Origin: a virus
Length of the DNA stretch: 64,000 nt
Virus record (IMG/VR): IMGVR_UViG_3300014838_000020
Span: 11,390 to 75,389 of that record
Strand: one strand, 5' to 3'
The notes below the pieces were generated by a model. That model searched no databases. It was given only the letters and a program-made list of their open reading frames with translations, and was not told the origin of the DNA. Made by a program: the position numbers and the translations under genes. Each line of letters begins with the position of its first letter. Position 1 is the stretch's first letter. Positions 49,460 through 59,369 of the stretch are shown in pieces.

Positions 49460-49626
49460 TATTTTCCTTTTTAATTACTTCTAATGTATTTATAAGTTTA
49501 TCTATCATAAAATTTTCAAGTACAATTTCATTACCAGGATCTCCCCAACAAGAAGAACATCGTGAATGAACCGGATCATCTGGTCGAATTATAACGCCAT
49601 CTTTAAGGCGAGCATATTCATAAATA

Positions 49627-50064
49627 TTATTCATTTTCTTTTCCTTCATTAATTAGTTTACCATCTAAATGTCTAATTTCATGTAAAGCTACTCTTGCTT
49701 CAAAATCATGGAATATTTCATGATGTTCATTGCCTTCAATATCCTGATAGGATATAACTACTTCTTCAATAGAAGGGCGTATGTAGCCTTTCTTACCGTA
49801 TTCGATAGAAAGACAGCCTTCTAATGCGTAGGTAATACTTCCTCGTTGATCAATAATAGTAGGATTAACTAAGAAATTATCTCCTACTAGACAGGCTCTA
49901 ACGTTTTGGCCTAATTGATTAGCAGCAATACCTACTGCATTATATTCTTGCATCACTTCTGTTAGTGTTTGATGAACATGTGGTAAACCACCGAATTCGT
50001 CTATGTGTAATTCTGGTACTGGAACATTAAGAGATGGATCTGGATATTGAACTATATCAGTCAT
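49627..50064 (-). CDS. def: Peptide deformylase
   Basis: GIAANQLG, EGCLS and HEIRHLDG motifs. Confidence 0.93.
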   Translation of the reverse strand: MTDIVQYPDPSLNVPVPELHIDEFGGLPHVHQTLTEVMQEYNAVGIAANQLGQNVRACLVGDNFLVNPTIIDQRGSITYALEGCLSIEYGKKGYIRPSIEEVVISYQDIEGNEHHEIFHDFEARVALHEIRHLDGKLINEGKENE

Positions 50065-51164
50065 GGATATCTCAATTCAGGTTTTAATAAAGTCCAAGCT
50101 TTATTATCTATTGGTTTATTATCTAATAGAAAAAATACTAAAGCAGATGAAATTTCAGGATGACTCATAATATCAAGCGCAGCATCTTTTCGAGACTTAC
50201 CTTCTTGTTTAGCAGCTAGATTTTTTGCAGCATCACAAATTTTTTGGTGTTTTTGTGTTAGTCCATTAACTATCTCTTTTATAAAATCATGTAGTTCATC
50301 AGGTAGATCTTGAATCAATTCATCTAATGACATACCGGCAGATAATGCCTCCCAAATAGTTACTGTAGATAATCCTGTTGCCAGTTTATGTAACCTCACA
50401 TATTCAGAGAATTTAGCTTTAACTCTAGTAGAGGGTTCAGTTAATACTTCAGGAATAAACCTAACTACATATCCTTCAAATTCAACTTCTCCATCTTTAC
50501 TGATTACTTCATTCAATTTTTCAAGATCATTGAGCCCTTCAAACTTTAAAGCTTTACGACCATTATATTGCACTTCAACATCTGCACCTGTTGCAATATC
50601 AATTGCTCCAAGATAAATAAGTTCTTCTTTGTCATATGGAATTACTATTCTATTCCATGGAGCAACATATTCAAATAAAACTGTTATTTCACCTATATTT
50701 TCTAAATCAATAAGATCCATATAGTTATTATTTAATAACCATAGTTTTGCCATCTTTGCTTGCTCAGATTCAAATGAACCTCTTGTTGCAAATTGCACTC
50801 CCTCATTATCAAAGTACATAATTACTAATGAGCCATCTACTTTTTCGGTTATTTCTACATCTAATCCAATAGGTAGTGGCCCCATAGTTGAACCTTCTTG
50901 ATGTTCAGACATATTAGCAAATTTAGGAAATGGACGAGCTATAATATATGGATCATTATCAGGACTTTCTGAAATAATTAGTCCACGAGAGGCTTTAATT
51001 TCTTTATTCCACACTTTAGAATACTGAGCTCTATCAGTATAATTAAGTAAGTGAAAATTATTATTAGAATTAACCTTAACTGCAATCAAACCTTCTTTAA
51101 TAGCTTTAAGAATAGTTGCTTTATTAAACTGTGAATATAAACGTGTTGGTATTCTTTTATTCAT
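50061..51164 (-). CDS. RNA ligase (T4 Rnl1-like)
   Basis: LNYT, RGLI, ARPFPKFAN, motif I EKVDGSL, ATRGSF, FEY, EGYVV, KAK. Confidence 0.88.
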   Translation of the reverse strand: MNKRIPTRLYSQFNKATILKAIKEGLIAVKVNSNNNFHLLNYTDRAQYSKVWNKEIKASRGLIISESPDNDPYIIARPFPKFANMSEHQEGSTMGPLPIGLDVEITEKVDGSLVIMYFDNEGVQFATRGSFESEQAKMAKLWLLNNNYMDLIDLENIGEITVLFEYVAPWNRIVIPYDKEELIYLGAIDIATGADVEVQYNGRKALKFEGLNDLEKLNEVISKDGEVEFEGYVVRFIPEVLTEPSTRVKAKFSEYVRLHKLATGLSTVTIWEALSAGMSLDELIQDLPDELHDFIKEIVNGLTQKHQKICDAAKNLAAKQEGKSRKDAALDIMSHPEISSALVFFLLDNKPIDNKAWTLLKPELRYP

Positions 51165-51215
51165 TATTTTATCTCCTCTATATATTTTATCTCCTCTATA
51201 TATTTTATCTCCTCT
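51165..51215 (-). repeat. 18-nt tandem repeat (about 2.8 copies) containing AGAGGAG
   Basis: tattttatctcctctata repeated; encodes EEIKYI repeats in the upstream ORF. Confidence 0.85.
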
Positions 51216-51327
51216 CTATCAAGTGCTTTCAATAACTTTTCGCTCCATTTAGTTAATTCTTTTTTAAATTTACGAGAATGCCTATCACAAAGACAGTATT
51301 CTCTATTTAAAGTATGCAATTTCATTA

Positions 51328-52651
51328 TTACTCCTTCCCTGTTATAAAACGCCATATTTCTAAAGCGTTCTCATCGGGTTCTTTTCCATTATTATGTTGT
51401 TTAAACCATTCAGGATAATCATTAGTAAAGAGTTCTTGTTCTTCATCAAGTTCTTTCTGGGATATCCAGTGTCCACTTTTACACGTTGAACAATCATAGT
51501 TTTTAACATGATGTACTGAACAAATCGAAATCCAAACTTTATCTTCAGTCATTATTCTACTTCTTTACTCGGCAACTGATAGGATTTATCACCAACTACT
51601 TCGTAGGGGTTCTTACACATACTACAAATATAACTGGTAACTTTTCGTCCAAATTCATTTAGAGTTCGTATGATTTCAGGCTTCTCCATACTTTCACACC
51701 ATGGACATCCGACTCTTACACTCATATCACTTCCTTTATATATGGGGATCAAGAGGACCATCCCAGTCCACTCTATAGTTAAATCCGTAGTCTTCATCTG
51801 GTCCTAGACGTTCTGACATAACAATACGAGCAAGTGTTTCTGGCGACAGATGGCCATTCTCGTCAAGTTCATATTCCCATGTTGAAACAATATCTTCATT
51901 ATTTGGACGCAAAGCATCATCGGGTACATCTACTATTACTTTATAAGTAAATCTTTGCATTTAATTTCCTCTCGAACTATTATTAAAACGATTATTTGCT
52001 TTTTTCTTCTGTATAATTATTTCATTCATAACTAAAAATAATGCAAATCCACATACTGCTATTACTAATTCACTACCAATGTGGAATAGAAAGTAGTATA
52101 ATACTCCAAAAAACATTATTGATACTCCACAATTTCTCCAAAACTGCATTGTACGTAATTTCATTCTTTCTCCTTTAGTTGTCGTTCTAACTCTTCAATT
52201 CTATCTGCTGCTTCATGAGCATCTTTATAACTACCAACTGCTAATGCCATATAACCATCACTAGCTAGGAATGGACCACAATCCCGTAGTCGTTCAACTA
52301 ATGGTCTTGCTAATCGTTCTTTTTCTTCTTGTTGTTGCCTTTGTAACCACTTTTCGTTGTCTGCATCGCGTTTAGCTTGTCGTTCTTCGAGTGTACTCAT
52401 AGTTTACTCATTACATTATTAGTAATTTCACTTAATTCATCCATTATTACTTCATATGCTTCATCTTCAATATCTAATTTATGTTTAAGTATAGTTCCTG
52501 TCATTTGTCCTAATGCAAGAACTAAATGTTCAATCTTATTTTGCATTTCTGCACTAACACTAGGTTCTATGTTTATTGGTTTACTGTACTGGTGTCCATA
52601 TTTTTTTGCAAGAGCTTGCTTATGTGTATCATTATAAGCCATTATTCCCAC
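51328..52651 (-). CDS. Run of small hypothetical genes (51328-51552, 51552-51797, 51736-51960, 51961-52164 membrane protein, 52161-52400, 52397-52651)
   Basis: Tightly tiled short ORFs with overlapping start/stop codons; 51961-52164 has two hydrophobic segments. Confidence 0.5.
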
Positions 52652-53052
52652 TCCTCTTTAGGTAAACCTTCTTCGTCAGTATTATTCAATGCTTGAGGTC
52701 CTTGGTGATAAATAGTTTTAGCCCGCTCTAAATCTTCTAATTCAGGCTTCTCTCCAATTTCTAGTGGCTTACAAGCACAAGAATCAGCAGTATCACAACT
52801 ACATACAGATTTTTCATTACCTTCTGGTTCATCCTCAGAATTAACCAAGAACTCTTCAACAACTGCTTTAAAATTAGGTCCAATTACCTCTACGTAAAGC
52901 TCTCCAAATTTTTGATTCAAACTTTTTAGATCTTCTGTCGAATCGGTATAAAATTCTGCCCCGATAGACGGTTTGAAATAGTTGAATGAACCATTCGGAT
53001 TCTGGACGGCTAATGTAGCATCCAGATTTACTGTTAACTTATATACTGTCAT
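52642..53052 (-). CDS. Hypothetical protein (start probably MTVYK)
   Basis: AAGGAG RBS before MTVYK; acidic C-terminus. Confidence 0.5.
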   Translation of the reverse strand: MTVYKLTVNLDATLAVQNPNGSFNYFKPSIGAEFYTDSTEDLKSLNQKFGELYVEVIGPNFKAVVEEFLVNSEDEPEGNEKSVCSCDTADSCACKPLEIGEKPELEDLERAKTIYHQGPQALNNTDEEGLPKEEWE

Positions 53053-53062
53053 TTTATCTCCT

Positions 53063-54217
53063 TTAAAGATAAGTTCCAGGAATTTCAAATTCCTTCTTTT
53101 CTGCAACGATTTGTTTACTACTCTTTTCTTCATACAACTCAGCTAAGGTTGCTTCATTAAAATTACTTCCAAGCCATTGTGTTGCCTCTTCTTGAGAAAG
53201 CTTGGGAACATGAATTTTAGCCAAAGTTCTTCCAGGTCTAACTAGTGCTGGGTGCAACTTGTCTAATTTAACATTTGTTGTAATTAGGATCAATATCTTC
53301 AGTCCTTGACCAAGTAGACCATCTCCTATATTCAAGAGTCTCGAAACTGAAGGACTTACTGAACCTTTATCATCAGAGGCAATTAAATCTTCAGTATCTT
53401 CAAAAATTAATAGTCTAAACTTAGATGTTGGTGTTTTATCATCAGGTTTCGTAGAATTCAGACCCATAGCATTGAGTATGTCTTCAAAATCTTCATCATC
53501 ATCAGAATCATTCCCAAGAACAACTTGAGTTAGATAATTAGAACTATTTAAGATAACTTCTGGATCAATAATGTATTCAACATCGCACCAATCCTTCCAT
53601 TCTCTTATAAGAGCCCTAATCAGAGTCGTTTTACCAGTACCAGCAGGTCCATGAAGCAAAATTATTTTACCACCCTCACTTAAGGAAGATGAATCTAATT
53701 TCATTAAATCTTGAAGTGCATCATGAGATGATTCAGCATAGTTCTTCGTTATGTCTTCCCAAGTTGGAAGTTCCAGAAATTTGGAATCATACTTTGGACC
53801 ATAACTAGCTAAACTCCAAAACTTAACCTTAACAGAATTTGCTGTTGCCGGTTCTATAGGCTTAGATATTTCTTCGAACTCTTCAAATACTGATTTTACA
53901 CTCTCTCCGTTATCATCTTCATTATTGATAAAGGTAACGCTGATTGTATTACCTTTAAATGTACGTATATACATATATACATTTTTGTACAGCCATAACT
54001 CTGCTTCTTTAGATCTAGGACTTCCAGGGGATTTAGTTGAAGCTAATAATTTACCACCTTCTTTTAAGACATTTTTATTGAAGGTAACATCCTTTTTATA
54101 GTGATAAATCTGATGAACAGGAGCTTTCCTAGACACCTCAAATAAGAGTGCGCTAAGTGCAGCATCTTCTGCTTCAAATTCTGGGAGCGAATCATCAACT
54201 GAATAAGTACGTGACAT
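53063..54217 (-). CDS. AAA+ ATPase
   Basis: LLHGPAGTGKT, LIFEDTE, DGLLGQG, TTN, LHPALVRPGR; start placed at MSRTY just after a TATAAT. Confidence 0.85.
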   Translation of the reverse strand: MSRTYSVDDSLPEFEAEDAALSALLFEVSRKAPVHQIYHYKKDVTFNKNVLKEGGKLLASTKSPGSPRSKEAELWLYKNVYMYIRTFKGNTISVTFINNEDDNGESVKSVFEEFEEISKPIEPATANSVKVKFWSLASYGPKYDSKFLELPTWEDITKNYAESSHDALQDLMKLDSSSLSEGGKIILLHGPAGTGKTTLIRALIREWKDWCDVEYIIDPEVILNSSNYLTQVVLGNDSDDDEDFEDILNAMGLNSTKPDDKTPTSKFRLLIFEDTEDLIASDDKGSVSPSVSRLLNIGDGLLGQGLKILILITTNVKLDKLHPALVRPGRTLAKIHVPKLSQEEATQWLGSNFNEATLAELYEEKSSKQIVAEKKEFEIPGTYL

Positions 54218-54260
54218 GATACTATTATACTGCCTTTCTACTAATTGGGTACTACTTGAA

Positions 54261-54336
54261 GGTATCAACCGGTGAGGTTCTAACTCACAAACATGCGGGG
54301 ACTACCCGCCTTGCTATCCCTTTGCATACGGTTGAC
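54261..54336 (-). ncRNA. tRNA-like RNA (degenerate cloverleaf; AGT at the anticodon position)
   Basis: Acceptor stem GTCAACCG/CGGTTGAT, D stem TGC/GCA, anticodon stem GCGG/CCGC, T arm GTGAG-TTAGAAC-CTCAC, 3' ACC; extended -10 TGATATAAT 6 nt upstream. Confidence 0.6.
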
Positions 54337-54352
54337 AGAACTATTATATCAC

Positions 54353-54583
54353 CTATAAAGGTGGATTACCAACATCAACGCCGATACCATTAGCTTGAAG
54401 AACCATTATAGCCTCTTGAACCAATGGGTTGTTGCTCATTCCAGTATAGCCAGATGCTAATCTTATAACTGACTTACACCACATACTATTAGCAGAAAAA
54501 TTCTTAAAGGCAGCAATGTTACTGTCGATAACATCTATTTGAGCAGCCGATAGGATTATATAGATTGCTTGATCTAGAGTCAT
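54353..54583 (-). CDS. Hypothetical protein
   Basis: Tiled ORF. Confidence 0.5.
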   Translation of the reverse strand: MTLDQAIYIILSAAQIDVIDSNIAAFKNFSANSMWCKSVIRLASGYTGMSNNPLVQEAIMVLQANGIGVDVGNPPL

Positions 54584-54586
54584 CTT

Positions 54587-54988
54587 TTATTGCTCGTATT
54601 GAACTTTCTCTTTACAATAACCTGGACCATGTAGTTGACCTTGATACGTATAATTACCACAATATTCACAAATCATATTGTGAACGTTTTGTCTCTCCAT
54701 GATTGGATTAACAGAGTCACCAGTCATCTCAGTTATTGGTTCTGGTAATTGACCAAATTGCTCTTCAATCCACTCTGATTCCGGAGCGTCAACTTCAATG
54801 TCTGTGTATTCAGATGGTTCATCATTGTCGCGTCGTTCGATAGCCCCTCGTTCAATAGCCAACCTATCTCGGCGTTGCTCCCTCGTTTCGGGCTTATCAT
54901 CAACTATCTCAGTCTTACGTTCTTTATTATACTTCTTTAGATTATTTAAAGTTTCTTCTTGTTTACTTTTAATTTCTTCTTCAGTCAT
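54587..54988 (-). CDS. Hypothetical acidic protein with C-terminal CxxC
   Basis: Tiled ORF. Confidence 0.55.
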   Translation of the reverse strand: MTEEEIKSKQEETLNNLKKYNKERKTEIVDDKPETREQRRDRLAIERGAIERRDNDEPSEYTDIEVDAPESEWIEEQFGQLPEPITEMTGDSVNPIMERQNVHNMICEYCGNYTYQGQLHGPGYCKEKVQYEQ

Positions 54989-54990
54989 TA

Positions 54991-55743
54991 TTATACCTTC
55001 TTAATATATTTAGATAACTTATCGGTATTGTTGCGAATATATTCTGGAAAACTGTCATCAATAGCAACAGTCCTTAATACAAAGCCTCGTTCAAAAACAT
55101 CTTTATTTTCATTCATCTTACGATGGATATCTTTAATAATAAACTCGTTATTATACTCTTGGTGAGCATAAGATTGGATCTTTCTTTCGACCATTTCTTT
55201 GCCACCTAAGAATGACCAATGCCATCCTGCATTAGGCAGAACGTTAGTCATGTATCGCTGACGCAATGTTTCTCCATCAATCCTTTTATAGTTTTCTAGT
55301 GAACATGCTCTAGTGCCAGCCCAAGGTTCTGAGGTATTAACTACATTAAGAAAATACTGAAACATAGTCTGCTCAAACGAGTAAATTTCATCACTATCGA
55401 AATTATCCTTTAGCCAAGCTAGAGCCTTTGGGTCTGGTACTTCATCCAAATCACTAGTTAGTATAATCCAATCGTCATCGACGCCATACTGGTCTAAGTC
55501 AAGAATATAGCCACGCTGATATCTGTCTCGGCCCCATGTATCTAGATGTTCTGGAAATTCAATAACTTCCGTCACAGTGTTGTCTTGATCCGCTACAAAG
55601 AGTTCACGAGGTAACCCACTGAATGTGGTATTAGCTTGCTTTACGATAAATAGATCCACAACGTCTTTAAGGATTTCTCGACGAATATCTAATAAAAACT
55701 TTTCTCCATTATACAAAATAATGTCACAGATTCGCCTAGCCAT
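54991..55743 (-). CDS. Glycosyltransferase family 17 (MGAT3-like)
   Basis: D..LYN.E..LLDIR, TTFSGLPR, RDRYQR, SDLDEVP, AGWHWSFLGG, KIQSYAHQEYN. Confidence 0.85.
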   Translation of the reverse strand: MARRICDIILYNGEKFLLDIRREILKDVVDLFIVKQANTTFSGLPRELFVADQDNTVTEVIEFPEHLDTWGRDRYQRGYILDLDQYGVDDDWIILTSDLDEVPDPKALAWLKDNFDSDEIYSFEQTMFQYFLNVVNTSEPWAGTRACSLENYKRIDGETLRQRYMTNVLPNAGWHWSFLGGKEMVERKIQSYAHQEYNNEFIIKDIHRKMNENKDVFERGFVLRTVAIDDSFPEYIRNNTDKLSKYIKKV

Positions 55744-56572
55744 GATTATTAACTTTCTCTAAAATTTCATTATAGTAGTTGTCGAATTCTTCTTCAATCC
55801 AAACTATTCGGCAATTCCATCCTGCTTCAGCATACCAGGCAATAACCTCTTCTTCGGTTTCATGTCTTTGCCCTTCAGGAAGGATTTGACGACGATGAAA
55901 ATAAGTTCCCCAAAGCTCTACAATTTCTTTAGTATCTTTATTATAAAAGTCTGGAACTTTTCTTCTTTTGTCTTTACCATTTACCCAATAATTTTCTTCA
56001 AGAGTATTTTGAAATCCTAATTTTTCCATCGAAGGAGCTATTTTATACTCATAAGAGCTAGATGTTGTTTTTACGTTATTAAAAACTCCTTCTTGCCATT
56101 CTTGCTTCTTCTTTTCACCAAGTCTTTTTCTACGCTCAGGAGTCCAAGATTTCTTTATACTAGCACGATGTTCGTCGCTAAATTTTTTGCCTTTATGAGC
56201 TTCAGATATTCTTTTTTTTACTTCGTTAGAATGAGGAGGTTGTTTTTTACCTTTAATCTTCTTTGAGATCGCATCTTTTACTTCTTGAGTACGAGGTATG
56301 CCTTTATTCCAAGGAATTCTCCCTAACAGTTTCTTATGTGCTTCCTCAGAAAGGGGTTTACCCTTCTTTGCTTCTGAAATCTTTCTTTTAGTTTCCTCTG
56401 TATGTGGGATTCCTTTAGGCCGTTTAGGTTGATAGTGCCAATAAATGTATTTATTACCAGGCTTAGCATAATCTCCACAACCGCATTCGCATAATTGTTG
56501 TTCATCTTCCATACTATCTAGATCGACATTTAACTGATTGTAGAGTACAATGTCGACTACCTTTTTAGTCAT
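55736..56572 (-). CDS. Free-standing homing endonuclease (CxCGC, multiple NUMOD3, Vsr-like/EDxHD domain)
   Basis: HTEETKRKISEAKKG-type NUMOD3 repeats, PWNKG, PDF...IVELWGTYFH; paralog of 16105..16923; start placed at MTKKVV. Confidence 0.8.
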   Translation of the reverse strand: MTKKVVDIVLYNQLNVDLDSMEDEQQLCECGCGDYAKPGNKYIYWHYQPKRPKGIPHTEETKRKISEAKKGKPLSEEAHKKLLGRIPWNKGIPRTQEVKDAISKKIKGKKQPPHSNEVKKRISEAHKGKKFSDEHRASIKKSWTPERRKRLGEKKKQEWQEGVFNNVKTTSSSYEYKIAPSMEKLGFQNTLEENYWVNGKDKRRKVPDFYNKDTKEIVELWGTYFHRRQILPEGQRHETEEEVIAWYAEAGWNCRIVWIEEEFDNYYNEILEKVNNHG

Positions 56573-56574
56573 TA

Positions 56575-57987
56575 TTACTTCTTCCATTGAATAAAGTTAG
56601 GCTGAACATTATTAGCATTGGCTAGATTTTCGGCAACCTTAGTTCGATTATAAGCCTTCTTAAATACTTCGTTCCACTGAGGCATAATTGACTGCCATGT
56701 TAAGTTAGAAGCCCACTTGTATGCTTCATCTGCTCTCAATAGAGCTTCATCATAATCATCCATAATATCCATAATTATATCTGCTGTTTTCTCAACATTA
56801 ACCAGTGGCCTCATTCGATTGAGGTCATTCGGTCCTTGTACTACCCAATGGCTAGGGGTGTCACCAGAGGGGGCTAAATAGCCCCTGGTGCCATTATCTA
56901 AGATTTCAATGAGGGAAGTGTTGGCTGGAGCCACAACTGGTAGATGGCAGCACATAGCCTCAGTTACAGTTAGTCCCCAACCTTCTCCCCATGCAGTTGT
57001 TAAATATAAATCAACTGCATTGTAAATTTCATTTAATATATTAATTGGAAATCCAGTACCGGGATTAAAGCTACCTGGTTGTGGAATAAGAAAGTCTTGA
57101 CCTGGAATTAGTTTAAGGTTCTTGGCTTGTTCTAGAAGGTCTCCACCAAAATCTTGATGAGCCATATGCAAGTACATTAAAGGATTATAACCTTTATCTT
57201 TTAGATTTCTTAATAGCATCAAAGATCTTGCAGGATCTTTTCTCGGTTGATTTCTATTAATATTAGCAATAATAAATCTATCAGCCAAAGGACCAAAAAA
57301 TTTCTTGCGTAACTCCTTGCGTTGTTCTGGATTTTGAATCCAGAAAAAATCTTTTGGATTAGTTCCATGATAGATAACTTCTACCTTGGATGCAATCTCA
57401 GGCGACCAATTTTCCACTTCTTTCTTTGCATAGTTAGTATACGCAACTGGAAAATCAGCCATCGAGACTGATGCTCTTACCCATTCTTCGGGTGGAGATG
57501 AATCAAAAGGAAAATAATAAACTGTAGTAAATGGTTTATTAATTTTCCTCTGGACTTCAAGAATTTGTTCTACAATTGGTAAAATTACGAAAGTATCTTG
57601 ATAAATAAAAACAATATCATAAGGTCTAGTCTGTAATAACTTTAAGAAAGTTTTAATACCATGAAAATCTGGAGGGCCACCATCCATTGTTGCAGTGTTG
57701 ATTGCAGGCCAAACTTTTCCTGGCCATTCTTTAGGATCTAATGGTTCACTAGTCCAGTTAATACCTACGATTTCTATTTCGTATTCACCAGTAGCATCAA
57801 GGTTTTGTACAATGTTCTTGCCAACTGTAGCAAACCCTGTTGCAGCGCCGTAGTCACCCCAAACTAGTATTCGTTTTTTTTGAGTAGATTGAATAGTAGC
57901 TTTAACTGAGTTCAGTTGTTGAACAATGTTATTTTTTGGCTTTGGTTTAGTATTAACCTTAATAGCTGGTTTAGCGGGAGTTGTCAT
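56575..57987 (-). CDS. GT-B glycosyltransferase (GT4-like)
   Basis: TGFATV, IYHG, NRNQPRKD, EGWGLTVTEAM (E-x7-E). Confidence 0.88.
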   Translation of the reverse strand: MTTPAKPAIKVNTKPKPKNNIVQQLNSVKATIQSTQKKRILVWGDYGAATGFATVGKNIVQNLDATGEYEIEIVGINWTSEPLDPKEWPGKVWPAINTATMDGGPPDFHGIKTFLKLLQTRPYDIVFIYQDTFVILPIVEQILEVQRKINKPFTTVYYFPFDSSPPEEWVRASVSMADFPVAYTNYAKKEVENWSPEIASKVEVIYHGTNPKDFFWIQNPEQRKELRKKFFGPLADRFIIANINRNQPRKDPARSLMLLRNLKDKGYNPLMYLHMAHQDFGGDLLEQAKNLKLIPGQDFLIPQPGSFNPGTGFPINILNEIYNAVDLYLTTAWGEGWGLTVTEAMCCHLPVVAPANTSLIEILDNGTRGYLAPSGDTPSHWVVQGPNDLNRMRPLVNVEKTADIIMDIMDDYDEALLRADEAYKWASNLTWQSIMPQWNEVFKKAYNRTKVAENLANANNVQPNFIQWKK

Positions 57988-58031
57988 TAAAAATTTCTAC
58001 CTTAGAATTATAAACACTTATAGTATATATT

Positions 58032-58055
58032 AGCATTAATTCCTAATGTTGTCAA
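58032..58055 (-). promoter_or_regulatory. Probable promoter for the GT4-endonuclease-GT17 unit
   Basis: TTGACA at about 58050-58055 with TAATAT 17 nt downstream (a TATACT follows). Confidence 0.5.
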
Positions 58056-58619
58056 CTAGGCTTTTCTGACTTTTGGATCTTTAGTACTAACGTAATAAAT
58101 ATCTCCACCTACCCCTACTCCGGTAGTACTAGCTCTACGAACAGCTTCTATTACATCTTTTTTAGTCCAAGTGCCGCTATCCCCCAAAAATCCATAAACT
58201 TGAGCTTGACCAGCACCTATAGCTATTCTTCCATTAACTGCAGGCAAAATACTAAAATCAGTAGAGATCTGTATTAGATTTTCTTCCCAAGCCATAACTG
58301 TTAATATATCTAAGATATGAGAACCTTTCTTATCATTAAGAACTCCTAAGTCTTCAATTCCACTTTTAATGCTAGGAACTACTTCAGTAACAGCAAATTT
58401 CATAACATCATATTCATCAGGTCTCCATTTAGGCCATTCTACGTGATATTGAAGGGTTTGAAGTTCTCTAACTCCACCCGCTCCACCAAAGATATAGTTC
58501 TTATTAGTCCATAGTTTATATGGAAAACCATCTTCTTCTATTTCACCTTGAGTTACTCGGCTATCAGCAGCGATAACTATTCCATCTGCTTTAGTAAGAG
58601 CCGACACAATTACAGTCAT
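58056..58619 (-). CDS. HslV/proteasome beta-like Ntn peptidase
   Basis: N-terminal M-T, IVIAADSRVT, AIGAG, GVGG. Confidence 0.75.
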   Translation of the reverse strand: MTVIVSALTKADGIVIAADSRVTQGEIEEDGFPYKLWTNKNYIFGGAGGVRELQTLQYHVEWPKWRPDEYDVMKFAVTEVVPSIKSGIEDLGVLNDKKGSHILDILTVMAWEENLIQISTDFSILPAVNGRIAIGAGQAQVYGFLGDSGTWTKKDVIEAVRRASTTGVGVGGDIYYVSTKDPKVRKA

Positions 58620-58625
58620 GGTAAG

Positions 58626-59366
58626 TTAGCCATTATAATTGGGAATCCAATCTTTCGGAGATCTATTGGGGTCTCCATAAGGAGTTTGAAATCGCTCACC
58701 ATCTGGCTCAAGACTTCTATTACAAGATCCCCACTTTTTAGTATAATACTGTTGAGACCTCATAGAATTTAGAGGTCTAGTTAATTTTTTAGTAGAAGTA
58801 GAACCTCTATGAATGTAGGGAACATTGAATTTTAAAACATCGTATCCCATCAGGGAAATTACCCTATGAAAACAGTTGTCTTCAAACCATGCAGGGTCGT
58901 AATTTTCATCAAATGTTCCAACTAACTCTACCGTTCTGGGAGTTATCATGAAACAACTAAATAATTCTTGTTCTCGAAATTTAAATTCTGTTGATTTTTT
59001 AGACCAAATAATTTCCAGTGGATCGTCAAAGGTTTCAGCCACGTCCAGTGGAGCAAATAAAACTGGTTCTTTAGCAGAACCATCTAACTTATAATTCGCT
59101 AGTGCCGATGACGTCTGCTTGACCATCTCATCTATTGTGAAAGGAGCAAACAGAACATCATCGTTACTAACGATTATATATTCACAACCATCTGCTATAG
59201 CTTCTCGAATACCATTATTCCAAGCTTTGGACAATGGTACTTGGTGTCTATTTTGTAGTTGAGGATAAATCTTCAATTCATTTTTATAAGTTTTTGCTGA
59301 AGCAACTAACTCAGTAAATTCCTCGAAATTGTTTAATACGGCACACACCAACGCTACTTTAGCCAT
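58626..59366 (-). CDS. Glycosyltransferase family 2
   Basis: SKAWNNGI, IVSNDDVLF, FSCFMI, VGTFDENY..AWFEDN, H.GSTS. Confidence 0.88.
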   Translation of the reverse strand: MAKVALVCAVLNNFEEFTELVASAKTYKNELKIYPQLQNRHQVPLSKAWNNGIREAIADGCEYIIVSNDDVLFAPFTIDEMVKQTSSALANYKLDGSAKEPVLFAPLDVAETFDDPLEIIWSKKSTEFKFREQELFSCFMITPRTVELVGTFDENYDPAWFEDNCFHRVISLMGYDVLKFNVPYIHRGSTSTKKLTRPLNSMRSQQYYTKKWGSCNRSLEPDGERFQTPYGDPNRSPKDWIPNYNG

Positions 59367-59369
59367 TTT

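Noticed and set aside
55736-56572. Group I intron interrupting GT17
   Set aside because: The nuclease ORF overlaps the GT17 start, leaving no room for a ribozyme core, and GT17 has its own complete N-terminus
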